This document shows, one piece after another, positions 46,982 through 55,328 of a DNA stretch of 64,000 nt. Below the pieces are notes generated by a model that was given only the letters and a program-made list of their open reading frames with translations, made no database searches and had not been told where the DNA came from. Positions within the stretch are counted from its first letter, which is position 1. Each line of letters opens with the position of its first letter. The position numbers and the translations under genes are program-made. Source of the DNA: an uncultured Chitinophaga sp. (GTDB taxonomy: Bacteria > Bacteroidota > Bacteroidia > Chitinophagales > Chitinophagaceae); contig CAYUCU010000003.1 in the NCBI GenBank assembly GCA_964443345.1, positions 5,413-69,412 of the forward strand. The letters run 5' to 3'.

Positions 46982-48535
46982 TTACTTTCTCCGTTTACTC
47001 TTCAAATACTTTTCGTGTATCACCGAACTCATGGGTTTATTATACACTTTTCCTTCCACCCAGGAGATGATATCTATATAGGCAAACGAGCGGGTTTGAA
47101 AGCGGTCATTCTCCAGGTGTTTGATCGTATCCAGCAGTTTTTCAAATTCCGGTCGCAATTGCCGGGGTGATATTGGGATAGAGTGGCGCAGGAATTTAAA
47201 CATAGCCTCTTCCACCTTGGTCAGGTTCTTCATCCGCGCCATAAAGCGATAGACGGATTTACTAAGTGATTCCATCAGCATATCATTACCCAGTTCATAG
47301 TGTGCCATCAGGTGCACCACCCGTGCATAGCATTGCAGATCGTAGCGCAGGTTGGTTTTATCATTCATTATCAGCTGCAGGTAATCAATGCAACGGTTGT
47401 AATCACCGCTACCGAAGTATAACATGGCAAACTTATAATTGAACACCAGCACCCGGTGCGTGTCGAGAAACAGATCAAATTCTTTCAATTCTGTTTCTAT
47501 TCCGGCAATAATGCCAAGCCCTTCTTTAAAAGTGCCCCGCATAAAATGCTGGTTGATGCGGGCCTGGCTGATATATATGAATGCCTGCATTCGAAAATTA
47601 TCATGGTCTTTTACCCGGGCTGTTTGTGCTGCTTTTTCAAAATACTTCAGGGTCTTTTCAAATTCCCGGTGATTGCGCAAGTCGAAGTGTGCATTCTGGA
47701 GGTAATGAATGGATTTGATATAATGGCTTGTTTCCACCCGCTTCATAAGCGGGTGCTCTTCAAAAAGGTCCACCAGTTTTTGAGCATAGCGGTAATACTG
47801 TAAAAAATCCTGCCGGATAAAAGCATACCAGGTATAGCTCTGGTACAAATACATCCGTTCATAAAAACCTGTTTCTTTCCAGGCGCCGCTGGGCAGGTTT
47901 TGTGTCATGAATTTTCGAACGTCTTTTTCATCATACTCATCACGGGCATGGCCATGTTGTACAAACCAGCTGAATAGTTTCAATACCAGGTTCGAAAGCC
48001 TTGTTACTTTATCAATAAGTTCATTTACTTCATTGGCTTCTGCAGAAAGTGCTTCCGCCCGGTATTGTATGTTGCGTGTAATATGTATTCCTTCTATTCT
48101 TTTTTCCAGTGCGATCAGGTGTGGTAAGAAATTAAACTTTTGATTAGATCTTGCCAGTTCCTTTGCCCGGTCTATGATCCGCAGGCTTTGCATGAACAGT
48201 CCTTTTTTATAAAGGATATGGGCATAATCAAACTGTTCATTCAGTTGCAGGTCCATGCTATCAGTACTTTTCAGCAGACGGAGGCTGGCGAGCACCTGTT
48301 TATACAAATGGGTTTTCAGGTTGGCCAGTTGCGGTTTGGTCACATCATCCAGTTTTTTCAGCAGGGCCTTTTCATCGTAGTCCTTTAGCTTATCCAGGGC
48401 ATCAAAAAGACGGACGATCTTGAGGTCTTCATTGCCCGAACTTCGTTTTATATAGAGCTTAAAATGCCTTTTTTCGGCTTTTTCAAGCGACCGGATGAGC
48501 TGAAACAGTATGTCGGTTGGGCGGTTGGGCATCAT
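46982..48535 (-). CDS. Conserved Bacteroidota hypothetical protein (helical, TPR-like)
   Basis: 517 aa, N-terminal LFQLIRSLEKAEKRHFKLY, helical periodicity. No catalytic motif recognised. Confidence 0.8.
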   Translation of the reverse strand: MMPNRPTDILFQLIRSLEKAEKRHFKLYIKRSSGNEDLKIVRLFDALDKLKDYDEKALLKKLDDVTKPQLANLKTHLYKQVLASLRLLKSTDSMDLQLNEQFDYAHILYKKGLFMQSLRIIDRAKELARSNQKFNFLPHLIALEKRIEGIHITRNIQYRAEALSAEANEVNELIDKVTRLSNLVLKLFSWFVQHGHARDEYDEKDVRKFMTQNLPSGAWKETGFYERMYLYQSYTWYAFIRQDFLQYYRYAQKLVDLFEEHPLMKRVETSHYIKSIHYLQNAHFDLRNHREFEKTLKYFEKAAQTARVKDHDNFRMQAFIYISQARINQHFMRGTFKEGLGIIAGIETELKEFDLFLDTHRVLVFNYKFAMLYFGSGDYNRCIDYLQLIMNDKTNLRYDLQCYARVVHLMAHYELGNDMLMESLSKSVYRFMARMKNLTKVEEAMFKFLRHSIPISPRQLRPEFEKLLDTIKHLENDRFQTRSFAYIDIISWVEGKVYNKPMSSVIHEKYLKSKRRK

Positions 48536-48656
48536 AAAGAGTTTTTGCTGAAATCCACTGCCAGTAAGGGTTTTGCAAACGACTTGTCCGGTTAGGCATG
48601 CTGAAATGACGCCGTATTTGTTTTTAAGGACAGGGGCCTGCTCACTACTTTCGTGT

Positions 48657-48842
48657 CAGAAGATTAATCAAAGGCAAGCAATCGTTGAAATAGGCAAACG
48701 TCAGAGGTCAAAGTTAAAGCCAATAATCTTCAAAAGCTGATAATCGGCCACGAGAGTCAGCAATTAAACTCTACTCTTTAAGAATTTCATATGGCAAGCA
48801 ATCGTTAGAGGTCAGTCCGTTTCTACGGAAGGACCTTTTTTT
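48657..48842 (+). ncRNA. Candidate sRNA / micro-ORF transcript
   Basis: -7-like TACTTTCG at 48646-53. Duplicated GGCAAGCAATCGTT at 48673 and 48793. Micro-ORF MASNR* at 48791-48808. Intrinsic terminator at 48809-48842. Confidence 0.4.
48809..48842 (+). terminator. Rho-independent terminator not preceded by an annotated plus-strand gene
   Basis: AGGTC-AG-TCCGT-TTCT-ACGGA-AG-GACCT followed by a T run. Confidence 0.75.
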
Positions 48843-49004
48843 GTGTAAGGCGCCGCTAAAGTAACAATTTATTAATCCCCACAAAAGTTCTTCGCTACTT
48901 TTTTCCTGATTTCTACCTAACGCCTGTTTTTGTTGAATAAAGTCAATTTTGGCCGCCCGCCATTAACCAGCTGATTCTATATCTTCATGCGGAAAAAGAA
49001 ACCT

Positions 49005-49493
49005 ATGGCTATCCGCATCTTTATTACCGGCGGCACCTTTGATAAAGAATACAACGAACTGAATGGGGAGCTGTATTTTAAAGACACACATATGTCCGAC
49101 CTGCTGGAAATGGGCCGCAGCCGTGCCGCTGTAGAAATAAGGACCCTGATGATGGTGGACAGCCTGGAAATGACGGACGAGGACCGGGAACTGATCGTGT
49201 ATCAGTGCAATAACTGTGATGAGAACCAGATCGTCATCACCCACGGTACGGATACGATGAGTGATACCGCCAAAGTGTTAGCCCAAAAGGTAAAAAATAA
49301 AACCATTGTACTCACCGGCGCCATGATACCGATCAAATTCGGTAGTTCTGATGGATTGTTCAACCTGGGAAGTGCCCTTGCATTTGCACAAACATTACCG
49401 CCGGGTGTATATGTAGCGATGAATGGCCGCTACTTCAATTGGGACAATGTGCGGAAGAATAAACAGACGGGTGTGTTTGAGGAAATAAAATAA
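49005..49493 (+). CDS. Short asparaginase-domain protein
   Basis: Start MAIRIF (ATG 49005). ITGGT, THGTDT, LTGAM, SSDGLFNL. 162 aa. Confidence 0.88.
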   Translation: MAIRIFITGGTFDKEYNELNGELYFKDTHMSDLLEMGRSRAAVEIRTLMMVDSLEMTDEDRELIVYQCNNCDENQIVITHGTDTMSDTAKVLAQKVKNKTIVLTGAMIPIKFGSSDGLFNLGSALAFAQTLPPGVYVAMNGRYFNWDNVRKNKQTGVFEEIK

Positions 49494-49590
49494 CTCCCCT
49501 TGCTTTTTCCTCCTTATGACAGCAGAAGCGATCAAAAAAAGCCGGCTTTTTTCAAGCCGGCCGTCGTGTTGATATTGGGTTCTAAGTATC

Positions 49591-50532
49591 TTATTTTTTT
49601 AAACTTAAGCTTCTGTTGATGGTGAATCCGAAAGCAAACTGACCGTCTTTGATCCAGCTGTTATTGCGGGCCAGGTGATCAATGTTGGATGCATCAGTGG
49701 TGTTGCCAACAAAAAACTGGAACAGGTGACCGCCGGTGTTGATCTCTAAACCTGCAGAAAGCATATCGGGGCTGTAGTTGATAATGGCGCCATTTTTAGT
49801 GACCAGGTTTTCATGCATATTCAATTGCCGGGCATATTCCAGTGTTAAATTTAACTTGGAGGTCAGCTTATATTTTCCTGCCATTCCTAATGACCATACC
49901 AGGTTACTGTTGTTGATGCCATAAGGGACAACATTAAAATGGATCAATGTAGGCATCAGTTGTAAGGAGAGCTTATTAGAAAATTTTCTGGCGATCAGTA
50001 ACTGGTGCATAAACGACCAGCGGTTATCAGTAAACTCATCGGCAGTGGAAAGTCCTGTATAAATATTGGCCACGGAGTACCAGCCTAATGTAACGGGAAT
50101 ATTCCGGGCGCCGGTTTGCTGCCTGAGGATCTTAAACTTGGCCCATCCTTCAAAAACAGCCCTTCCGCTTGCAGCAATACCTACATTAGCAAAGCTGGCT
50201 GGTGAGTAATCAAATGAAAGATAGGTATTAGCGATACCGGCATTAAGTCCGAAAAAATGAGCTGCATTCTGCTGAAACCGTTTACCGGAACCTGCAGGGG
50301 CCAGATCTTTATTCCAGAAATAGCCAAAGTGGTGATTGATCATAAACTGCAGGTTGCCTTTAGTTACGATCTCTACACTCTGCATGTTGATCACCTTGGT
50401 AGAGTTGAAGGTAGCTCTTGTAAACTTTTGTTTGGGGGCTTCTGGTGCTGCTGCAGTATCGGGAGCGTCCTGAGCAATAGAAAGGGTGCAAAGGCCCAGT
50501 ACAACGATCAGGAGCGATAAAATCTTTTTCAT
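49591..50532 (-). CDS. DUF5777-family outer-membrane beta-barrel protein
   Basis: Signal peptide, TFNSTKVINMQS, QLLIARKF, LQLMPT, INTGGHLFQFF, FGFTINR near the C-terminus. Confidence 0.8.
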   Translation of the reverse strand: MKKILSLLIVVLGLCTLSIAQDAPDTAAAPEAPKQKFTRATFNSTKVINMQSVEIVTKGNLQFMINHHFGYFWNKDLAPAGSGKRFQQNAAHFFGLNAGIANTYLSFDYSPASFANVGIAASGRAVFEGWAKFKILRQQTGARNIPVTLGWYSVANIYTGLSTADEFTDNRWSFMHQLLIARKFSNKLSLQLMPTLIHFNVVPYGINNSNLVWSLGMAGKYKLTSKLNLTLEYARQLNMHENLVTKNGAIINYSPDMLSAGLEINTGGHLFQFFVGNTTDASNIDHLARNNSWIKDGQFAFGFTINRSLSLKK

Positions 50533-50578
50533 AATGCCTGTTTTTATTTTAAAAACAATGTTTAGTTTTTGTTGGTGT

Positions 50579-51199
50579 TTACTGTGGCTGTCCCTGTAAT
50601 ATCCATTCTTTGAATTTATTGATGGTACAAGTGGTAAGGCTTAAAGGACCGCCGGGGTGGCCCTGGCTGCCGCCGCTGTTCATAATAGCACTGATGGTAT
50701 TTTTTTCAGCCACCATCTTATTATAATCCAGGGTAATGGCTAAACCACCATGGCAGGTTGCTCCTTTGCAACCGCTGGTATAGATCGGTAAAATATCCAA
50801 AGTGTAGCGGATAGTTCCGGTTACAGTGCAGCCAGCTCCATCATCATAAGGATCGCCTTGTTCTATCCATCTTTTAATGATGTTTTTTTCATTGGCAGCA
50901 AATTCAATTCCGCCACCACCGGGGTGTTTACCCACGAGCCTTGACATAGAATCAAAATAGGCTCTCCGGGAAAGAATGGCATCATAAAACACTGTATCAA
51001 AATGAGAGAACTGCACAGCCCTTGTGCCAATTCCATTGTTATGGCAACCGCAGGGGCCGGCTGTTATGATCGGCACCACTTCACTTCTGAATGAAACCCT
51101 GGGAAGGGCAGTAATGTCTTCTTTATTTTTATAACAGGATGACAATGCATAGATAATCATGGTCGTCATCATTGCTGTTACTAATATTCTTGTTTTCAT
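50579..51199 (-). CDS. Diheme cytochrome c-like lipoprotein with atypical motifs (CXCH, CX4CH)
   Basis: Lipobox LSSC. Two repeats of [VSF/IRY]..[EV/DI].PI...C..CH...HPGG...WI.QG. Confidence 0.72.
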   Translation of the reverse strand: MKTRILVTAMMTTMIIYALSSCYKNKEDITALPRVSFRSEVVPIITAGPCGCHNNGIGTRAVQFSHFDTVFYDAILSRRAYFDSMSRLVGKHPGGGGIEFAANEKNIIKRWIEQGDPYDDGAGCTVTGTIRYTLDILPIYTSGCKGATCHGGLAITLDYNKMVAEKNTISAIMNSGGSQGHPGGPLSLTTCTINKFKEWILQGQPQ

Positions 51200-51229
51200 A
51201 TCCTGAAATTTTAGAATGATTTTATTGGA

Positions 51230-52420
51230 TTACCTCCTGATGATAGTTCCTGACTTCCTGTATTTGAATATGCCCACATTAGCCGTTCCGTATTTCCATA
51301 CATCTGGCACATTGGGATCAGCAAAGTACCATGCCTTGATCAGGGCTACTTCATTTGGTTTCAATCCGCCATCGCCATAGGCCATATCGCCCTGGTGAGA
51401 TGTTGCAAAGACATTAGTAAAGGGATTGGCCAATAACAAAGTAGAGTCACATCTTGAAACCATAGAGCTGCTTACATTCAGATAATTGCCTTTTGCATAA
51501 TACTGCACCAGTGTTACCGGGTCGGTATATTGCACACTGGAATTACTTCTGGCACTTTTTGGATACATAATATCCATCAGGATGTCGTCATAATTCTGCA
51601 GCGGGCCTCTTGTGCTAAGTGCAGATCTTGGGGTAGTAAATGTTTTCCATGGACGGAAGCTGGCATAAGCCACTGTATCAGAATAGAATTTTTTTACGCT
51701 GTCTTTATATGCTGTCCAAACCTGGTTGCGCAGTGTGGCATTGGAAAGCTGACAGTATACTGTTATTGCGCCTGTAACAGGGTTGATATAAGTGAACTGT
51801 GTGGTGTCTGCATTGGTCAATGTACCAAGCAATCCTTTGCGGGCCCATCCGCCAGTGGCCGTGGCCTGATTGTGACAGTTGGCAGAACCGCATCCATCTA
51901 CTATTAAGCGGATAGCAGCAGGCCTGAAATCTGAAAGATCAGGTCTTTCTTTTGCGCCATTTTTGATCCAGTTATAAATAAGGCCCTTGTCAGACGTATT
52001 CAGCTCATGACTTGAAGCCACAGGAGGCATCGCCTTATTGAAATCATTGGTGGTAATATATTCCCACAGCTTGCTTCCATTTGGATTGCCGGGTGTAACA
52101 AACTTCATGATCTCGGCATACGTATCAAATTTTGGGGCAATAGGCCCGCCATGACAATTGGAGGTGCCACAATACTCATGAATCACTGTTTGCACACCCC
52201 TGTACTTGATCTTGTCATTTATATCCGGGGTAGCATCAGAAGGCGTGATGGTGTTGCTTTCATAAAATGCAGCAAATACTGTGGAATCGGCCGCCCCGGT
52301 ATAGGATCTGTCCAGATCTTTTACAAGAACACCCTCCTTAGTACACTGAAAAACAGCAGTTGAAAGAAATACACCACAAAGAATTAAGACCGCTGTTTGG
52401 ATAGAAGAAACTTTTTTCAT
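51230..52420 (-). CDS. Cytochrome c-like lipoprotein with two CX4CH motifs
   Basis: Lipobox-like VFQC. CGTSNCH...AMPP...NWIKNGA (planctomycete cytochrome C-like) and CGSANCH. Confidence 0.72.
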   Translation of the reverse strand: MKKVSSIQTAVLILCGVFLSTAVFQCTKEGVLVKDLDRSYTGAADSTVFAAFYESNTITPSDATPDINDKIKYRGVQTVIHEYCGTSNCHGGPIAPKFDTYAEIMKFVTPGNPNGSKLWEYITTNDFNKAMPPVASSHELNTSDKGLIYNWIKNGAKERPDLSDFRPAAIRLIVDGCGSANCHNQATATGGWARKGLLGTLTNADTTQFTYINPVTGAITVYCQLSNATLRNQVWTAYKDSVKKFYSDTVAYASFRPWKTFTTPRSALSTRGPLQNYDDILMDIMYPKSARSNSSVQYTDPVTLVQYYAKGNYLNVSSSMVSRCDSTLLLANPFTNVFATSHQGDMAYGDGGLKPNEVALIKAWYFADPNVPDVWKYGTANVGIFKYRKSGTIIRR

Positions 52421-52537
52421 AAAAAGCCAGTTTAACTGATTGAAAATTGATACTGGTAAGAGCTATGCTTTAAAAACTAGTTTTCAAAAGTAGCCTGGGT
52501 CTCATTGACAGTTTTATGACAAGGGCCTGTGTTAAAC

Positions 52538-52652
52538 ATGACTTTTGTCACATTGGCTGCTAAGGGGTGTCAGTTTACACGCTTCTGTGACATTTCTCAC
52601 TTTGCTCCTTGACGTCTGTCATGAAACAGGCCATTCGCCATGAATAAGTTGC
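52538..52652. promoter_or_regulatory. Three Crp/Fnr-like TGA-N6-TCA boxes and a -7-like element in the divergent promoter region
   Basis: ATGACTTTTGTCAC at 52538-51, TGTGACATTTCTCAC at 52586-600, TTGACGTCTGTCAT at 52609-22, TAAGTTGC at 52645-52. Confidence 0.6.
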
Positions 52653-52686
52653 ATCACCTTTTTTTACTCTAAAACAAACCTCAACC

Positions 52687-52911
52687 ATGGGCAATACTAA
52701 AAAATCAACAGACCAGTCCCGCCGCGGTTTTTTCTCTCATTTCCTGTCAAAAAAAGAAACAAGCACCGAAAAAATAAAGATGCTTACTGCTGAAGGTAAA
52801 TTGGTGGAAGTGGATAAAGCCGTGTTTGATGCTGCCACTAAAAATCAAAAAGCAACCAATAAAGACATCTACACCTGGATGAACAATCCCTCTAAAGAAA
52901 CCAACGAATAA
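52687..52911 (+). CDS. Small protein resembling the Tat/N-terminal segment of the downstream Fe-S protein
   Basis: SRRGFF and TEKIKMLTAEGKLVEVD, versus SRRDFI and TEKIKLLSPDGEIVEID in 52937-53905. Confidence 0.75.
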   Translation: MGNTKKSTDQSRRGFFSHFLSKKETSTEKIKMLTAEGKLVEVDKAVFDAATKNQKATNKDIYTWMNNPSKETNE

Positions 52912-52936
52912 ATTCTACTCACTTATATATATACAA

Positions 52937-53905
52937 ATGAAACAGGAAGAAATAAATGACAAAAGCCGGCGGGATTTTATAAAAACCGCCGCCATTGCAA
53001 CGGTGGCAACTGCTGCCTGCGGAAGCCTCGTCTGTTCCTGCTCTTCTAAAAAAGCTGCAGTTACTGAAAAGATAAAACTCCTTTCCCCGGATGGAGAAAT
53101 TGTGGAGATCGACTCCGCTTATCTTAATCATCATGAAAATATGGCTGTGTTGTCCCAGCACGAACAAAGAATAGGAATAGCAGGAAAAAAATTTGTAATG
53201 GTAGTGGACCTGGCCCGCTGCAAAAATGCCCGGAAGTGCATTACCGCCTGCCAAAAACATCACTACCGCCCCGAGGAAACAGAATGGCTTACTATAAAAT
53301 TGATGAAGGATAGTGATAAAGGGGCCCCCTACTGGTTTCCAAAACAGTGCTTCCATTGCGACAACCCTCCTTGCGTAAAAGTGTGTCCCGTGGATGCTAC
53401 ATTCAAAAGACAGGATGGCCTGGTATTAATAGACAATGAACGTTGTATCGGTTGTAAGTTTTGCATGGCTGCCTGCCCTTACTCTACCCGTGTATTCAAC
53501 TGGAACGAACCCGAATTGCCGCTGGATATCAAAAACCTGCCCTACTCTGCCGAAACCGGTGTGCCTGCCCAGGTAGGTACCGTGGAGAAATGTGATTTCT
53601 GTCCCGACAGGGCAAGAGAAGGTTTGCTTCCTCCTTGTGTGGAGGCCTGCCCCAACGGAGTATTTTATTTTGGTGATGAAAATGAGGATACTGTTACCAA
53701 TGGTGACGAAACAGTCAGCTTCACTCAATTAATAAAAGACCGTGCCGGGTACCGGTATATGGAAGAACTGGGTACCAAACCAAGAGTGTATTACCTGCCA
53801 CCAAAAGACAGGCAGTTCCCGGTGGAAAGAGGCTATGAATCATTATCTGATGATCTGAAAGAACGGTACAAAGAGTATAAAGACGTATTGGGAGAAAAGA
53901 AATAG
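52937..53905 (+). CDS. Tat-exported 4Fe-4S dicluster protein (NrfC/DsrO/HmcB-like)
   Basis: SRRDFIK signal. Cys groups CKNARKCITAC, CFHCDNPPCVKVCP, CIGCKFCMAACP, CDFC...PPCVEACP. Confidence 0.9.
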   Translation: MKQEEINDKSRRDFIKTAAIATVATAACGSLVCSCSSKKAAVTEKIKLLSPDGEIVEIDSAYLNHHENMAVLSQHEQRIGIAGKKFVMVVDLARCKNARKCITACQKHHYRPEETEWLTIKLMKDSDKGAPYWFPKQCFHCDNPPCVKVCPVDATFKRQDGLVLIDNERCIGCKFCMAACPYSTRVFNWNEPELPLDIKNLPYSAETGVPAQVGTVEKCDFCPDRAREGLLPPCVEACPNGVFYFGDENEDTVTNGDETVSFTQLIKDRAGYRYMEELGTKPRVYYLPPKDRQFPVERGYESLSDDLKERYKEYKDVLGEKK

Positions 53906-53947
53906 TGTGGCCGGTATTTTTCAACTTACTCAATGAATTAATTAATT

Positions 53948-55318
53948 ATGGAACTTAATACTTATCAACAGGAAGCCTTCAATTACCAGCGGAAGAATAT
54001 TGAAAAGTTTGGCAAAAAGAACTGGGCCTGGACCATCTTCTTCCTTCTCTGGATCATCGTTGGCGGATATGCCTTGTATTTACAAATTGCAAAAGGCCAT
54101 GGGGTAACGGGTATGCGGGATAATGTGGTATGGGGCCTGTTCATCGTCAATTTTATATTCTTTATCGGTATCAGCTATGCCGGGGCGATCATTGCCGGGT
54201 TATTACACCTTTTTAAAGTGCCCTGGGGCAAACCCATCATCCGTATTGCACAGCTGATGACGATCGTATCAGTTATCGTAGGACCGATATTTATTTTGCT
54301 TTGTGTAGGCCGGTTCGACCGCCTGCATCACCTGTTCATTTATCCACGGCTGCAATCTCCCATGACATGGGATGTACTGGCCATCCTAACTTATTTTGTC
54401 GGCAGCGTTCTATTCCTGTATATGGCATTGATAAAAGATTTCGCTGTGTACCGCGATGCCAAACTGAACATTCCAAAATGGAAACAACGGATGTATAAGT
54501 TCCTGGCAATAGGATACCGTGGCGCTGCCAGTCAGAAAAGACACCTGCTCATTTCACAGAACCTGCTGGCCATCATCATGATCCCGCTTTCTATTATTGT
54601 AAGTTCTATCCTCTCCTGGATATTTGGTATGACGCTGCGGCCGGGATGGCACAGCACTATCTTCGGCCCCTACTTCGTATTGGGTGCATTGTATTCTGGT
54701 TGTGGTGTGCTGATAGTTGCCATGTGGGTGTACAGAAAGATGTATAAACTTGAAACCTATTTTACCGACCGGCATTTCATTTATCTCGGTTATATCATAA
54801 TGGTGCTGGCCGCCGGTTATGGATACTTTACTTTCTCCGAATACTTCACCAGTTGGTTTGGCTCGGAAAAATGGGACAATGAAGTGATCAATAAATTATT
54901 CAATCCCGCAGCGTATGGCTGGTGGACATTGTTTGCTAATACAGCTGGCATCCTTTTACCCATACTTATTGTAGCGATACCAAAAACAAGAAAGCCTAAC
55001 CTTATTACACTGGCTGCCTTCCTGATGGTGATCGCCCTGTGGGTAAAACGGTATCTCATCATTGTTCCTACTCTGGAAACTCCGCTGCTTCCCATACAGG
55101 ACACCAGGGCCGCTTATGTTAAATACTCAGCTACCTGGCCAGAATGGGCGTTGACCTTTGCCGGTATTGCATCCTTCCTGTTGTTCTTTACCATTATGTC
55201 AAAGTTTGTAACGATTGTTCCTGTGTCAGGGCTGGAAGACACACACAAACCTTATGAACATGCCCACACTGAACATAACCACATAGAAACAAAAAAAGAA
55301 GAAGTTCATCCTGCATAA
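53948..55318 (+). CDS. NrfD/PsrC family integral membrane protein (ActC-like)
   Basis: WGLFIVNFIFFIGISYAG, VGRF, SPMTWD, PGWHSTIFGPYF, ~10 TM helices. Confidence 0.9.
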   Translation: MELNTYQQEAFNYQRKNIEKFGKKNWAWTIFFLLWIIVGGYALYLQIAKGHGVTGMRDNVVWGLFIVNFIFFIGISYAGAIIAGLLHLFKVPWGKPIIRIAQLMTIVSVIVGPIFILLCVGRFDRLHHLFIYPRLQSPMTWDVLAILTYFVGSVLFLYMALIKDFAVYRDAKLNIPKWKQRMYKFLAIGYRGAASQKRHLLISQNLLAIIMIPLSIIVSSILSWIFGMTLRPGWHSTIFGPYFVLGALYSGCGVLIVAMWVYRKMYKLETYFTDRHFIYLGYIIMVLAAGYGYFTFSEYFTSWFGSEKWDNEVINKLFNPAAYGWWTLFANTAGILLPILIVAIPKTRKPNLITLAAFLMVIALWVKRYLIIVPTLETPLLPIQDTRAAYVKYSATWPEWALTFAGIASFLLFFTIMSKFVTIVPVSGLEDTHKPYEHAHTEHNHIETKKEEVHPA

Positions 55319-55328
55319 AATTATTTTT

